Source: Acidimicrobiales bacterium (GTDB taxonomy: Bacteria > Actinomycetota > Acidimicrobiia > Acidimicrobiales > Bog-793). Taken from it: a stretch of DNA of 64,000 bases. Below, piece by piece: positions 17,802-25,865 of this stretch. The stretch covers positions 77,413 through 141,412 of the forward strand of contig DATGLP010000006.1 of assembly GCA_035294085.1 (NCBI GenBank), given 5' to 3'. The position numbers and the translations under genes were made by a program. Position 1 is the first letter of the stretch. Every line of letters begins with the position of its first letter. The notes beneath the pieces are model-generated. The model was not told the DNA's origin. It did not search any database and saw only the letters and a list, made by a program, of their open reading frames with translations.

Positions 17802-18332
17802 ATGGCCAAGGAACGGGACGACTTCGAGGCGAGGTACGCGGCGGCGGTCGGGGCGCGCCTTCGCGCCGTGCGCCGCCAGAAGCACCTCTCCCTCCAGGCC
17901 GTCGAGATCGCCTCGCGCAAGGAGTTCAAGGCTTCCGTGCTCGGCGCCTACGAGCGCGGCGAGCGGGCGATCTCCGTGCCGCGCCTCCAGCGCCTCGCCC
18001 ACCTCTACCAGGTCCCCGTCGACCAGCTCCTCCCCGGCGACGTCCCCGCCGGCGACGCCGCGGCCCGCGCCGGCGAGGAGGGCGCGCGCTCGCGCGCCAC
18101 GCGCAAGGGCGTGCGCATCGACCTCGCCGCGCTGCGCCGCGCCGTCGGGCCGGAGGCCGCCGCGCTCCAGCGCTTCCTCTCCACGATCCAGCTCGAGCGC
18201 CAGGACTTCAACGGGCAGGTCCTGACCATCCGCAGCGAGGACCTGCGCGTCATCGGCGCCACGCTCGGCCACTCGCCCGAGGAGATGGTCAGCCGCCTCG
18301 AGCGCCTCGGCCTCCTGCGGCGCCCGTCGTAG
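17802..18332 (+). CDS. BldD-like transcriptional regulator (XRE-type HTH plus C-terminal domain with c-di-GMP RXD-X8-RXXD signature)
   Basis: The N-terminus (VGARLRAVRRQKHLSLQAVEIASRKEFKASVLGAYERGERAISVPRLQRLAHLYQVPVDQLLPG) closely follows the remembered Streptomyces BldD N-domain. The C-domain reads IQLE-RQD-FNGQVLTI-RSED-LR (nt 18198-18242). Confidence 0.7.
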   Translation: MAKERDDFEARYAAAVGARLRAVRRQKHLSLQAVEIASRKEFKASVLGAYERGERAISVPRLQRLAHLYQVPVDQLLPGDVPAGDAAARAGEEGARSRATRKGVRIDLAALRRAVGPEAAALQRFLSTIQLERQDFNGQVLTIRSEDLRVIGATLGHSPEEMVSRLERLGLLRRPS

Positions 18333-18338
18333 GCGGCG

Positions 18339-19445
18339 ATGACCGGCGCCGGCCTGGGCGCCTACGTCCACGTCCCGTTCTGCGCGGCGCGCTGCGACTA
18401 CTGCGCCTTCGCCACCTGGACCGACCGCGCCCACCTCGTGGATGACTACGTGCGCGCGGTGTGCCGCGAGATCGCCGGCGCGCGCGCCTCCGGCCTGCTC
18501 GGCCGGCCCGCCACCGCGTACGTCGGGGGCGGCACGCCGTCCCTGCTCGGCGCGACCCGCCTCGCCGAGATCCTCGCCGCCGTCGCGCCGGCGCCGGGCG
18601 CCGAGGTGACCGTCGAGTGCAACCCCGAGGACGTCGACGCGCCCCTCCTCGAGGCGCTGCACGCCGCCGGCGTGACGCGGGTGTCCCTCGGCGTCCAGTC
18701 CCTCGTCCCCCACGTCCTCGCCGGCCTCGGGCGGCGGGGGGTGCCGGAACGCTCGCTCGCGGCGCTCGCCCTCGTCGGCGCGGCGGGCTTCGCCTCCTTC
18801 AGCGTCGACCTCATCTACGGCGGGCCCGGCGAGCGCGCCGAGGACCTCGAGCGCACGCTCGACCTCCTCCTCGACGCCGACGCGGCTCCGCCCCACCTGA
18901 GCGCGTACGCCCTGAGCGTGGAGCCGGGGACGCCGCTCGCGCGCGACCCGGCGCGCCACCCCGACGACGACGTCCTCGCCGAGCGCTACGAGCGCCTCGA
19001 CGAGGTCCTCGCCGCCGCCGGCTACCGCTGGTACGAGGTGTCGAACTGGGCACGCCCGGGCCACGAGTGCCGCCACAACGAGAACTACTGGGCCCAGGGC
19101 GACTACCTCGGCTTCGGCCCGGCGGCGCACAGCCACCTCGGGGGCCGGCGCTTCCACAACGTCGTCTCGCTCGATCGCTACCTCGAGCGCCTCGCGGCCG
19201 GGCGCTCGCCGGTCGCCGCCGAGGTGCGCCGCAGCGACGCCGAGCGCGAGCTCGAGCGGCTCGAGCTCGCGCTCCGCACCCGCGCCGGCGTCGAGGCGGC
19301 GGCGCTGCGCGACGACCCCGCGATCGGCCACCTCGTCGAGCGCCGCGGCGACCGGGTCGTCCTCACCCGGGCGGGTCGCCTCCTCGCGAGCGAGGTCAGC
19401 CTCCGTCTGCAGGTCCCGCCGGCGCCACGAAGCGTGGCGATCTAG
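18339..19445 (+). CDS. hemW: Radical SAM heme chaperone HemW (oxygen-independent coproporphyrinogen-III oxidase-like)
   Basis: It carries the radical-SAM CxxxCxxC motif as YVHVPFCAARCDYCAF, then GGGTPSLL and an HemN_C-like C-terminus. The product is 368 aa. Confidence 0.9.
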   Translation: MTGAGLGAYVHVPFCAARCDYCAFATWTDRAHLVDDYVRAVCREIAGARASGLLGRPATAYVGGGTPSLLGATRLAEILAAVAPAPGAEVTVECNPEDVDAPLLEALHAAGVTRVSLGVQSLVPHVLAGLGRRGVPERSLAALALVGAAGFASFSVDLIYGGPGERAEDLERTLDLLLDADAAPPHLSAYALSVEPGTPLARDPARHPDDDVLAERYERLDEVLAAAGYRWYEVSNWARPGHECRHNENYWAQGDYLGFGPAAHSHLGGRRFHNVVSLDRYLERLAAGRSPVAAEVRRSDAERELERLELALRTRAGVEAAALRDDPAIGHLVERRGDRVVLTRAGRLLASEVSLRLQVPPAPRSVAI

Positions 19446-19496
19446 GAGGAACGATGCCATGAGAGGGCACGAAACGAGAGAGCCCTGCTACGCTAA

Positions 19497-19736
19497 GTGG
19501 CGATGAGTGCAGCACCACACTGGCTGAGCACGAAGGAGGCGTCGGAGTTCCTCGGCGTCAACCTGCGCACCCTCTACCGCTTCATCGACGAGGGTGAGCT
19601 GCCCGCGTACAAGTTCGGCCGGGTGATCCGCCTGAAGGAGGAGGACCTCGAGCGCTTCGTCGACGCCGCCCGGATCGAGCCGGGCAGCCTCGAGCACCTC
19701 TACCCCGAGCCGGCGGCCCGTCCGCACGCTTCGTGA
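19497..19736 (+). CDS. Small excisionase/MerR-like helix-turn-helix DNA-binding protein
   Basis: The 79-aa ORF has WLSTKEASEFLGVNLRTLYRFIDEGELPAYKFGRVIRLKEEDLERFV, an excisionase-family HTH pattern. Third codon positions are almost all G/C. Its stop overlaps the GTG start of the HIT gene. Confidence 0.75.
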   Translation: MAMSAAPHWLSTKEASEFLGVNLRTLYRFIDEGELPAYKFGRVIRLKEEDLERFVDAARIEPGSLEHLYPEPAARPHAS

Positions 19737-20107
19737 CCCAGGCCGGCGCCGAGGGGACCGGCCCCACCGACTGCCTGTTCTGCCGGATCGTCCGCCGGGA
19801 GCTGCCGGCGGAGATCGTCGAGGAGAACGAGCTCGCGCTGGCCTTCCGCGACATCGCGCCGGTCGCGCCGACCCACGTGCTCGTCGTGCCGCGCGCCCAC
19901 GTGCGGGACGCCTCGGTGCTCGACCGGGAACACGGGCCCCTGCTCGCCGAGCTCGCGGCGACGGCGCGCCGGGTCGCCGAGCGCGAGGGCGTCGCCGCCT
20001 CGGGCTACCGGCTCGTGTTCAACGTCGGCGAGGACGCCTCGAACTCGGTGCCGCACCTCCACCTCCACGTCATCGGCGGCCGCCGCCTCGGCTGGCCGCC
20101 GGGCTGA
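19733..20107 (+). CDS. HIT-family (histidine triad) nucleotide hydrolase
   Basis: CLFCRIVRRELPAEIV...APTHVLVVPR...VPHLHLHVIGG contains the H-x-H-x-H-x-x triad. The product is 124 aa. Confidence 0.9.
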   Translation: MTQAGAEGTGPTDCLFCRIVRRELPAEIVEENELALAFRDIAPVAPTHVLVVPRAHVRDASVLDREHGPLLAELAATARRVAEREGVAASGYRLVFNVGEDASNSVPHLHLHVIGGRRLGWPPG

Positions 20108-20162
20108 GGCACGGGAGGAGGGCCGGAGCCGGCGCCGGTGCTGGTAGCCTCGACGCGTCGCC

Positions 20163-21116
20163 GTGTCCGCAACCTCCCTCAAGATCCTCGTCCCGGAGAA
20201 CGACCTCATGGTCGGGCTCCTCGGCCAGCGCGACGAGCACCTCCGCCTCCTCGAGCAGGAGTTCGCGGACACCGCGATCCACGTGCGCGGCAACGAGATC
20301 ACCGTCGAGGGCGCCCAGGCCGAGCGAGTCGGCCAGATCCTCGACGAGCTCGTCGCCCTCCTCGAGGCCGGGCAGCTCCTCGACGCCGCGAACGTCGGAC
20401 GCACGATCGAGATGGTGAAGGCGGACGTGCGGGCCTCGGAGGTGCTCACCGTCGAGGTGCTGCGCGCGAGCGGCAAGCCGGTGCGCCCGAAGACGGTCGG
20501 CCAGAAGCGCTACGTGGAGGCGATCCGGCAGAACACGATCACCTTCGGGATCGGACCGGCGGGGACCGGCAAGTCCTACCTCGCCGTCGCGCTCGCCGTG
20601 CAGGCGCTGCAGGCCAAGCAGGTGAACCGGATCATCCTCGCCCGCCCCGCGGTCGAGGCGGGCGAGCGCCTCGGCTTCCTCCCGGGCGACCTCATGGCGA
20701 AGGTGGACCCCTACCTCCGCCCCCTCTACGACGCCCTCTACGACATGCTCGAGCCGGAGGGCACGCAGCGCCTCCTCGAGCGCGGCGCCATCGAGGTCGC
20801 CCCGCTCGCCTTCATGCGCGGCCGGACGCTCAACTCGAGCTTCGTCATCCTCGACGAGGCGCAGAACACGACGCCCGAGCAGATGAAGATGTTCCTCACC
20901 CGCATCGGGTTCGGGACGAAGGCCGTGGTCACCGGCGACGTCACGCAGGTCGACGTGCTCGCCGACCGCTCGGGGCTCGTCGGGCTCGAGGACATCCTCG
21001 CCGGGATCGACGGCCTCGCCTTCGTCCACCTCGACGAGCGCGACGTCGTGCGCAACCGGATCGTGCGCGACATCGTGAACGCCTACGACGGGCGAGCGGC
21101 GGGCGGGCGCCGCTGA
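20163..21116 (+). CDS. phoH: PhoH-family ATPase (YbeZ-like)
   Basis: It has Walker A GPAGTGKSYLAV, then ILARPAVEAGERLGFLPGD and ILDEAQNTTPEQMKMFLTRIG. It sits in the conserved phoH-ybeY-corC-era arrangement. Confidence 0.93.
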   Translation: MSATSLKILVPENDLMVGLLGQRDEHLRLLEQEFADTAIHVRGNEITVEGAQAERVGQILDELVALLEAGQLLDAANVGRTIEMVKADVRASEVLTVEVLRASGKPVRPKTVGQKRYVEAIRQNTITFGIGPAGTGKSYLAVALAVQALQAKQVNRIILARPAVEAGERLGFLPGDLMAKVDPYLRPLYDALYDMLEPEGTQRLLERGAIEVAPLAFMRGRTLNSSFVILDEAQNTTPEQMKMFLTRIGFGTKAVVTGDVTQVDVLADRSGLVGLEDILAGIDGLAFVHLDERDVVRNRIVRDIVNAYDGRAAGGRR

Positions 21117-21120
21117 GGCG

Positions 21121-21648
21121 ATGGCCCTCCAGGTCTTCGTCGCGAACGAGCAGTCCGACGAGGAGGTCGACTGCGAGCGCTGGGCCGCGCTGGCGCGCGC
21201 AGCGCTCGCCGCCCAAGGCGTGCGCGGCGACGCCGAGCTGTCGGTGCTCTACGTCGACGAGGCGACGATCGCCGCGCTGAACGAGCGCTTCCTCGGGCAC
21301 GCCGGCCCGACCGACGTGCTGTCCTTCCCCATCGAGGACGAGCTCACCCCGCCGGGGCGGGCGCCCGATGGCGGCGGGAGCGGACCGGGCTGGGAGCCGC
21401 CGGAGGACGGCGAGCTGCCCGTCCTGCTCGGGGACGTCGTCATCTGCCCGAGCGTCGCCCGGGCGAACGCGGCGCGCCACGCCGCCTCCTACGAGGACGA
21501 GCTCGCGCTCCTCCTCGTGCACGGGATCTTGCACCTCCTCGGCATGGACCACGAGGACGACGCCGAGGCCGAGGAGATGGAGGCGCGCGAGCGCGCGCTC
21601 CTCGCCGCCTACCACCACGGCGGCGCGCCGCACGCGCCGACGCCGTGA
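21121..21648 (+). CDS. ybeY: rRNA maturation endoribonuclease YbeY
   Basis: The zinc motif H-x-x-x-H-x-x-G-x-x-H is present as LLLVHGILHLLGMDHEDD. The upstream PTDVLSFP is also present. Confidence 0.93.
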   Translation: MALQVFVANEQSDEEVDCERWAALARAALAAQGVRGDAELSVLYVDEATIAALNERFLGHAGPTDVLSFPIEDELTPPGRAPDGGGSGPGWEPPEDGELPVLLGDVVICPSVARANAARHAASYEDELALLLVHGILHLLGMDHEDDAEAEEMEARERALLAAYHHGGAPHAPTP

Positions 21649-22955
21649 TCCTCGCCGCGCGCCTCGGCGCGGACGACCTCGGGATCCTGCTCGCGGTGAT
21701 CGTCCTCCTCGCCTTCTCGGCGCTCCTGGCGCTCGCCGAGACCGGCCTCGTGCGCACGAGCCGGGCGCGCGCGCGTGCCCTCGAGGCGGCCGGGAGGCGC
21801 GGCGCGCGCTCGCTGAGCCGCCTCGTCGAGGACCCCGAGGGCTTCCTCGCCCCCGTCCTGCTCCTCGTGCTCGTGTGCCAGCTCGTCGCCGCCACCCTCG
21901 TCGGGGTCGAGGCGGCCCGCATCTTCGGACCCCTCGGCGTGGCGCTCGCCACCGTCTTCGAGGTGGTCTTCATCTTCATCTTCGCCGAGGCCGTCCCGAA
22001 GGCCTGGGCCGTCGGCCACGCCGACCGTGCCGCACTCCTCGCTGCGCCGGTGGTCTCCGCCGTCGTCGCCTTCCCACCCTTCCGCTTCCTCTCAGCGCTG
22101 CTCATCGGGCTCGCGCACCTCGTCACGCCGGGCCGGGGCAACGCCCAGCCCGAGGTCACCGAGTCCGAGCTCCTCGCCCTCGCCGACGTCGCGGTGGACG
22201 AGGAGGTGATCGAGCGCGACGAGCGCGCCCTCATCTCCTCGATCATCGCCTTCGGCGACACCACCGTGCGGGAGGTGATGTCGCCCCGCCCCGACGTCGT
22301 CGCCGTCGAGGCCTCCACCCCGGTCGGCGCCGCGCTCGAACGGGCGATGGCCGCGGGCATGAGCCGCCTCCCCGTCTACCGCGAGAGCCTCGACGACATC
22401 GTCGGGATCGCCTACGCGCGCGACCTCATGCGCGCGGTGCGCGACCGGGGCGAGGACCGCCCGGTCGCCGAGGTCTGCCGACCGGCGCACTTCGTCCCGG
22501 AGACCAAGCGGGTCGGGCCGACGCTGCGGGAGATGCAGGCCCAGCAGTACCACCTGGCGGTCGTCGTCGACGAGTACGGGGGCACGGCGGGGATCGTCAC
22601 GCTCGAGGACCTCATCGAGGAGCTCGTCGGGGAGATCGCCGACGAGTACGACCTCGAGGAGCCACTCGTCGTGCCGCTGTCCGAGCGCGAGCACCGAGTC
22701 TCGGGGAAGATGCCCGTCGACGAGGTGAACGAGCTCCTCGGCACGGACCTGCCCGTCGGCGACGACTGGCACACGATCGGCGGCCTCCTCCTCCACCTGC
22801 GCGGGCAGGTGCCGGCGCAGGGGGACACGGTGCAGGCCGGCCGCCAGCTCCTCGTCGCCGAGCGGGTCCAGGGGCGGCGCATCCGCACCGTGCGCATCGT
22901 CCAGCTCGAGGAGGTGCCCGAAGCGGCCGGGGACCTCGAGCACGAGCAGCGGTGA
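21645..22955 (+). CDS. CNNM/CorC-family membrane protein (DUF21 + CBS pair + CorC_HlyC)
   Basis: GTG 21645 overlaps the ybeY stop. The N-terminal TM DUF21 region reads FAEAVPKAWA. The CBS region includes VREVMSPRPDVVAVE and IVGIAYARDL. The C-terminal part contains HLAVVVDEYGGTAGIVTLEDLIEELVGEI. Confidence 0.9.
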   Translation: MILAARLGADDLGILLAVIVLLAFSALLALAETGLVRTSRARARALEAAGRRGARSLSRLVEDPEGFLAPVLLLVLVCQLVAATLVGVEAARIFGPLGVALATVFEVVFIFIFAEAVPKAWAVGHADRAALLAAPVVSAVVAFPPFRFLSALLIGLAHLVTPGRGNAQPEVTESELLALADVAVDEEVIERDERALISSIIAFGDTTVREVMSPRPDVVAVEASTPVGAALERAMAAGMSRLPVYRESLDDIVGIAYARDLMRAVRDRGEDRPVAEVCRPAHFVPETKRVGPTLREMQAQQYHLAVVVDEYGGTAGIVTLEDLIEELVGEIADEYDLEEPLVVPLSEREHRVSGKMPVDEVNELLGTDLPVGDDWHTIGGLLLHLRGQVPAQGDTVQAGRQLLVAERVQGRRIRTVRIVQLEEVPEAAGDLEHEQR

Positions 22956-23860
22956 GCGGGTCGCGAGGCGGGCGAGTCGAGCCTGGCGAGCAGGGGCGGG
23001 CGGGGGGCGCGCTCGCGCACTCGGGCTTCGTCTCGCTCGTCGGGCGCCCGAACGTCGGCAAGTCCACCCTGCTCAACCGGATCCTCGACACGAAGGTCTC
23101 GATCACCTCGCGCAGCCCGAACACGACACGCACGAGGCTGCGGGGGATCCTGAACGGCCCGGACCACCAGGTCGTCTTCGTCGACACGCCGGGCATCCAC
23201 CGCCCACGCACGCCGCTCGGCGAGCGGCTCAACGAGACGGCCCGGGGCGCCCTCGAGGACGTGGACCTCGCCGTGCTCGTCGTCGACGCCAGCGCAGCGA
23301 TCGGGCGCGGCGACCGCTACGTCGCCGCCCGCCTCCCGAGCGACAGCGTCGTCGCCGTGAACAAGGTCGACCGCGCCTCTCGCCGCCAGGTCCTCGACCA
23401 GCTCGCCCGGGCGGCCGGCGAGCTCGGCCTCGAGGACGCCGAGTACTTCCCGGTCTCCGCCCGCACCGGCTCGGGGGTCGCCGAGCTCGTCGAACACCTC
23501 GTCTCGAGGCTGCCGCCCGGCCCCCGCTACTACCCCCCCGAGGCCGTCCGCGACGTCGACGAGGCCTTCTTCGTCGCCGAGCTCGTGCGCGAGCAGCTCC
23601 TGCGCGTCGCGCGCGACGAGCTCCCCCACTCGATCGCCTGCCGGGTCGTGGAGTGGGACTGGCCCTACGTGCGCTGCGAGATTGCCGTCGAGCGCGAGTC
23701 CCAGAAGGCCATCGTCGTGGGGCGCGCCGGCTCGGTGCTGAAGGCGGCCGGCACCGCAGCGCGCGCCCAGCTCCCGCCCGGCACCTACCTCGACCTGCGC
23801 GTCGTCGTGGAGCGCGACTGGCAGCGCCGCAGCGAGGTCATCGAGCGCTTCGGCTACTGA
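22952..23860 (+). CDS. era: GTPase Era
   Basis: GTG 22952 forms a GTGA overlap with the preceding stop. The G1 motif is GRPNVGKSTLLN and G3 is DTPGIH, followed by NKVD. The KH-domain C-terminus reads CEIAVERESQKAIVVGRAGSVLK. The product is 302 aa. Confidence 0.93.
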   Translation: MSGSRGGRVEPGEQGRAGGALAHSGFVSLVGRPNVGKSTLLNRILDTKVSITSRSPNTTRTRLRGILNGPDHQVVFVDTPGIHRPRTPLGERLNETARGALEDVDLAVLVVDASAAIGRGDRYVAARLPSDSVVAVNKVDRASRRQVLDQLARAAGELGLEDAEYFPVSARTGSGVAELVEHLVSRLPPGPRYYPPEAVRDVDEAFFVAELVREQLLRVARDELPHSIACRVVEWDWPYVRCEIAVERESQKAIVVGRAGSVLKAAGTAARAQLPPGTYLDLRVVVERDWQRRSEVIERFGY

Positions 23861-23889
23861 CCTCGCCGCGCAGGACGCGCGGCCCGAGG
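23861..23889. terminator. GC-rich hairpin between convergent era and dinG-like genes (possible bidirectional terminator)
   Basis: CCTC-GCCGCGC-aggac-GCGCGGC-cc-GAGG. It has a 7-bp perfect core stem plus a 4-bp extension and no obvious U-tract. Confidence 0.4.
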
Positions 23890-23901
23890 CGCGCCCCGCC
23901 C

Positions 23902-25827
23902 TCAGGCGGGCGATGCTGCCGGGGCGCTGGTGCCAGCTCGCAGCGCCCGCAGGAAGGCGGCGACCTCCTCGCGCGAGCGCGTCCGACGCATCGGCGGCAG
24001 GGCGCGCACGAGGTCCCAGCGGTAGGGGGCGGTGGCGAGACGCGAGTCGAGCACCGCGACGACACCCCGGTCGCTCGCCGTCCGCACGAGGCGACCCGCG
24101 CCCTGGGCGAGGAGGCTCGCGGCGCGCGGCAGGTCGACGGTGCGGAAGGCCGCGGGCCCGGCGCGCTCGCGGCGCGCCGCGGCGAGCGGGTCGTCCGGAC
24201 GGGAGAAGGGCAGGCGGTCGATCGCGACGAGCGAGCAGGTCTGCCCGGGCACGTCCACCCCCTGCCAGAACCCCATCGTGGCGAACAGGCACGTCTCGGG
24301 CGCCGCGGCGAAGGCGGCCAGCAGAGCGGCCTTCGGCGCGTCGCCCTGGACGAGGACCGGGTAGGCGACGCGCGCTCGCACCGCGGCCGCGGCCTCGAGC
24401 ATCGCGGCGCGGCTCGTGAAGAGCGCGAGGGTACGCCCCCCCGCAGCGTCGATGAGGAAGGCGAGCTCCTCGGCGATGGCGGCCGCGGCCTCCGGCCGTC
24501 GGCGGTCCGGCAGGTGCGCCGCGCAGTAGAGGAGGGCGTGCTCCTCGTAGTGGAAGGGGCTCCCGACGTCGAGCTCGTCGGTGCGGTCGGGATCTGCGCC
24601 GAGGCGCGCGGCGAGGCCCGGCGGCACCGTCGCGCTCGTGAGGACGACCGGCAGGCGCGCGAAGAGGCGCTCGGCGAGCAGCGGTGCGAGCTCGAGCGGC
24701 GCGAGCTCGAGCGTCGGCCGCTCCCCGCCCGCCACCCAGGCGACGTCGTCGGGGCCGAGCGCGAGGAGCGCGACGAGCTGCTCGCGCAGCCGGCCGGCCG
24801 CGCGCGCCGCCCGGGCCGCTCGCTGGTCCGTCTCGCTCGCCGCCTCGCGCCGGCGCAGCGCGGCCTCGAGGCGCTCGAGACGCGTCGCGGCGAGCTCCAC
24901 CACCTCGGCGAGCCCGCCGAGGCCGTCGGGGGCGAGCCGTTGGCCCTCCAGCGGCGCGAGCGCTCCCTCGAAGCGGGCCGCGAGGTCGACGAGCGCGTCG
25001 CAGACCTCCTGGTCGGCGCGTCGCGCCGGGCCGAGCGCCAGGCGGGCGGCCGTCGCGAGGGCGCGCAGCCGGCCCGCGCCGATCGAGGCGCCGAGGCTGG
25101 CGCTGAGCACCTCCTCGAGCTCGTGGGCCTCGTCCACGACGAGGGCGTCGTGGTCGGGCAGCACGGTGCCGCCCCCGGCGAGGTCGGCGCCGAGGAGGTG
25201 GAGGTTGACGACGACGAGGTCCGCTTCCGCCGCGGCGGCACGCGCCGCCTCGGCGAAGCACTCGTCGCCCGCCGGGCAGCGCGAGGCGCCGGGGCACTCC
25301 TCGGCGGTGACGCTGAGGGCGGACCAGACGCGCGGATCGACCTCGAAGTCGAGCTCCGCCCGGTCGCCGCTCGAGGTGCTCGAGGCCCACGCGAGGACGC
25401 GGCGGGCCTGCGCGGCGAGGGGGCCGCTCCCCCGCTCGTCCGCACCGAGCTGGCCCTGCACCCCGGCTGCGCCGGCCTCGCGCACGCGCTGGGCGCAGAG
25501 GTAGTTGGCACGCCCCTTCAGGACGGCGGCGCGCACCGGGCGGCGCAGCCCGGCGCGCACGAGCGGCACGTCCTTGGTGACGAGCTGGTCCTGCAGCGCC
25601 TTCGTCGCGGTCGCGACGACGACGCGCCGGCCCGAGCGGACGGCCGGCACGAGGTAGGCGAGGGACTTGCCGGTGCCCGTCCCGGCCCGCACGACGAGGT
25701 GACGGCGAGCCTCGAGCGCTGCGGCGACGGCCGTCGCCATCGCCACCTGCCCCGGGCGGGCCTCGCCGCCTTCGGGGAGCGCGGCGACGACCCGAGCGAG
25801 GTCGCGCTCGAGGTCACCGCTCGCCAC
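23902..25827 (-). CDS. dinG: ATP-dependent DNA helicase, DinG/Rad3-like (XPD family)
   Basis: The 641-aa ORF starts with GTG. It reads PGQVAMATAVAAALEARRHLVVRAGTGTGKSLAYLVPA (Walker A), then DEAHELEE (DEAH box) and the C-terminal helicase motifs LFTSRAAM and FWQGVDVPG. Confidence 0.85.
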   Translation of the reverse strand: MASGDLERDLARVVAALPEGGEARPGQVAMATAVAAALEARRHLVVRAGTGTGKSLAYLVPAVRSGRRVVVATATKALQDQLVTKDVPLVRAGLRRPVRAAVLKGRANYLCAQRVREAGAAGVQGQLGADERGSGPLAAQARRVLAWASSTSSGDRAELDFEVDPRVWSALSVTAEECPGASRCPAGDECFAEAARAAAAEADLVVVNLHLLGADLAGGGTVLPDHDALVVDEAHELEEVLSASLGASIGAGRLRALATAARLALGPARRADQEVCDALVDLAARFEGALAPLEGQRLAPDGLGGLAEVVELAATRLERLEAALRRREAASETDQRAARAARAAGRLREQLVALLALGPDDVAWVAGGERPTLELAPLELAPLLAERLFARLPVVLTSATVPPGLAARLGADPDRTDELDVGSPFHYEEHALLYCAAHLPDRRRPEAAAAIAEELAFLIDAAGGRTLALFTSRAAMLEAAAAVRARVAYPVLVQGDAPKAALLAAFAAAPETCLFATMGFWQGVDVPGQTCSLVAIDRLPFSRPDDPLAAARRERAGPAAFRTVDLPRAASLLAQGAGRLVRTASDRGVVAVLDSRLATAPYRWDLVRALPPMRRTRSREEVAAFLRALRAGTSAPAASPA

Positions 25828-25865
25828 GGGACCACGCTACCGAGGAGGCACCCGGAAGGCCGGCC

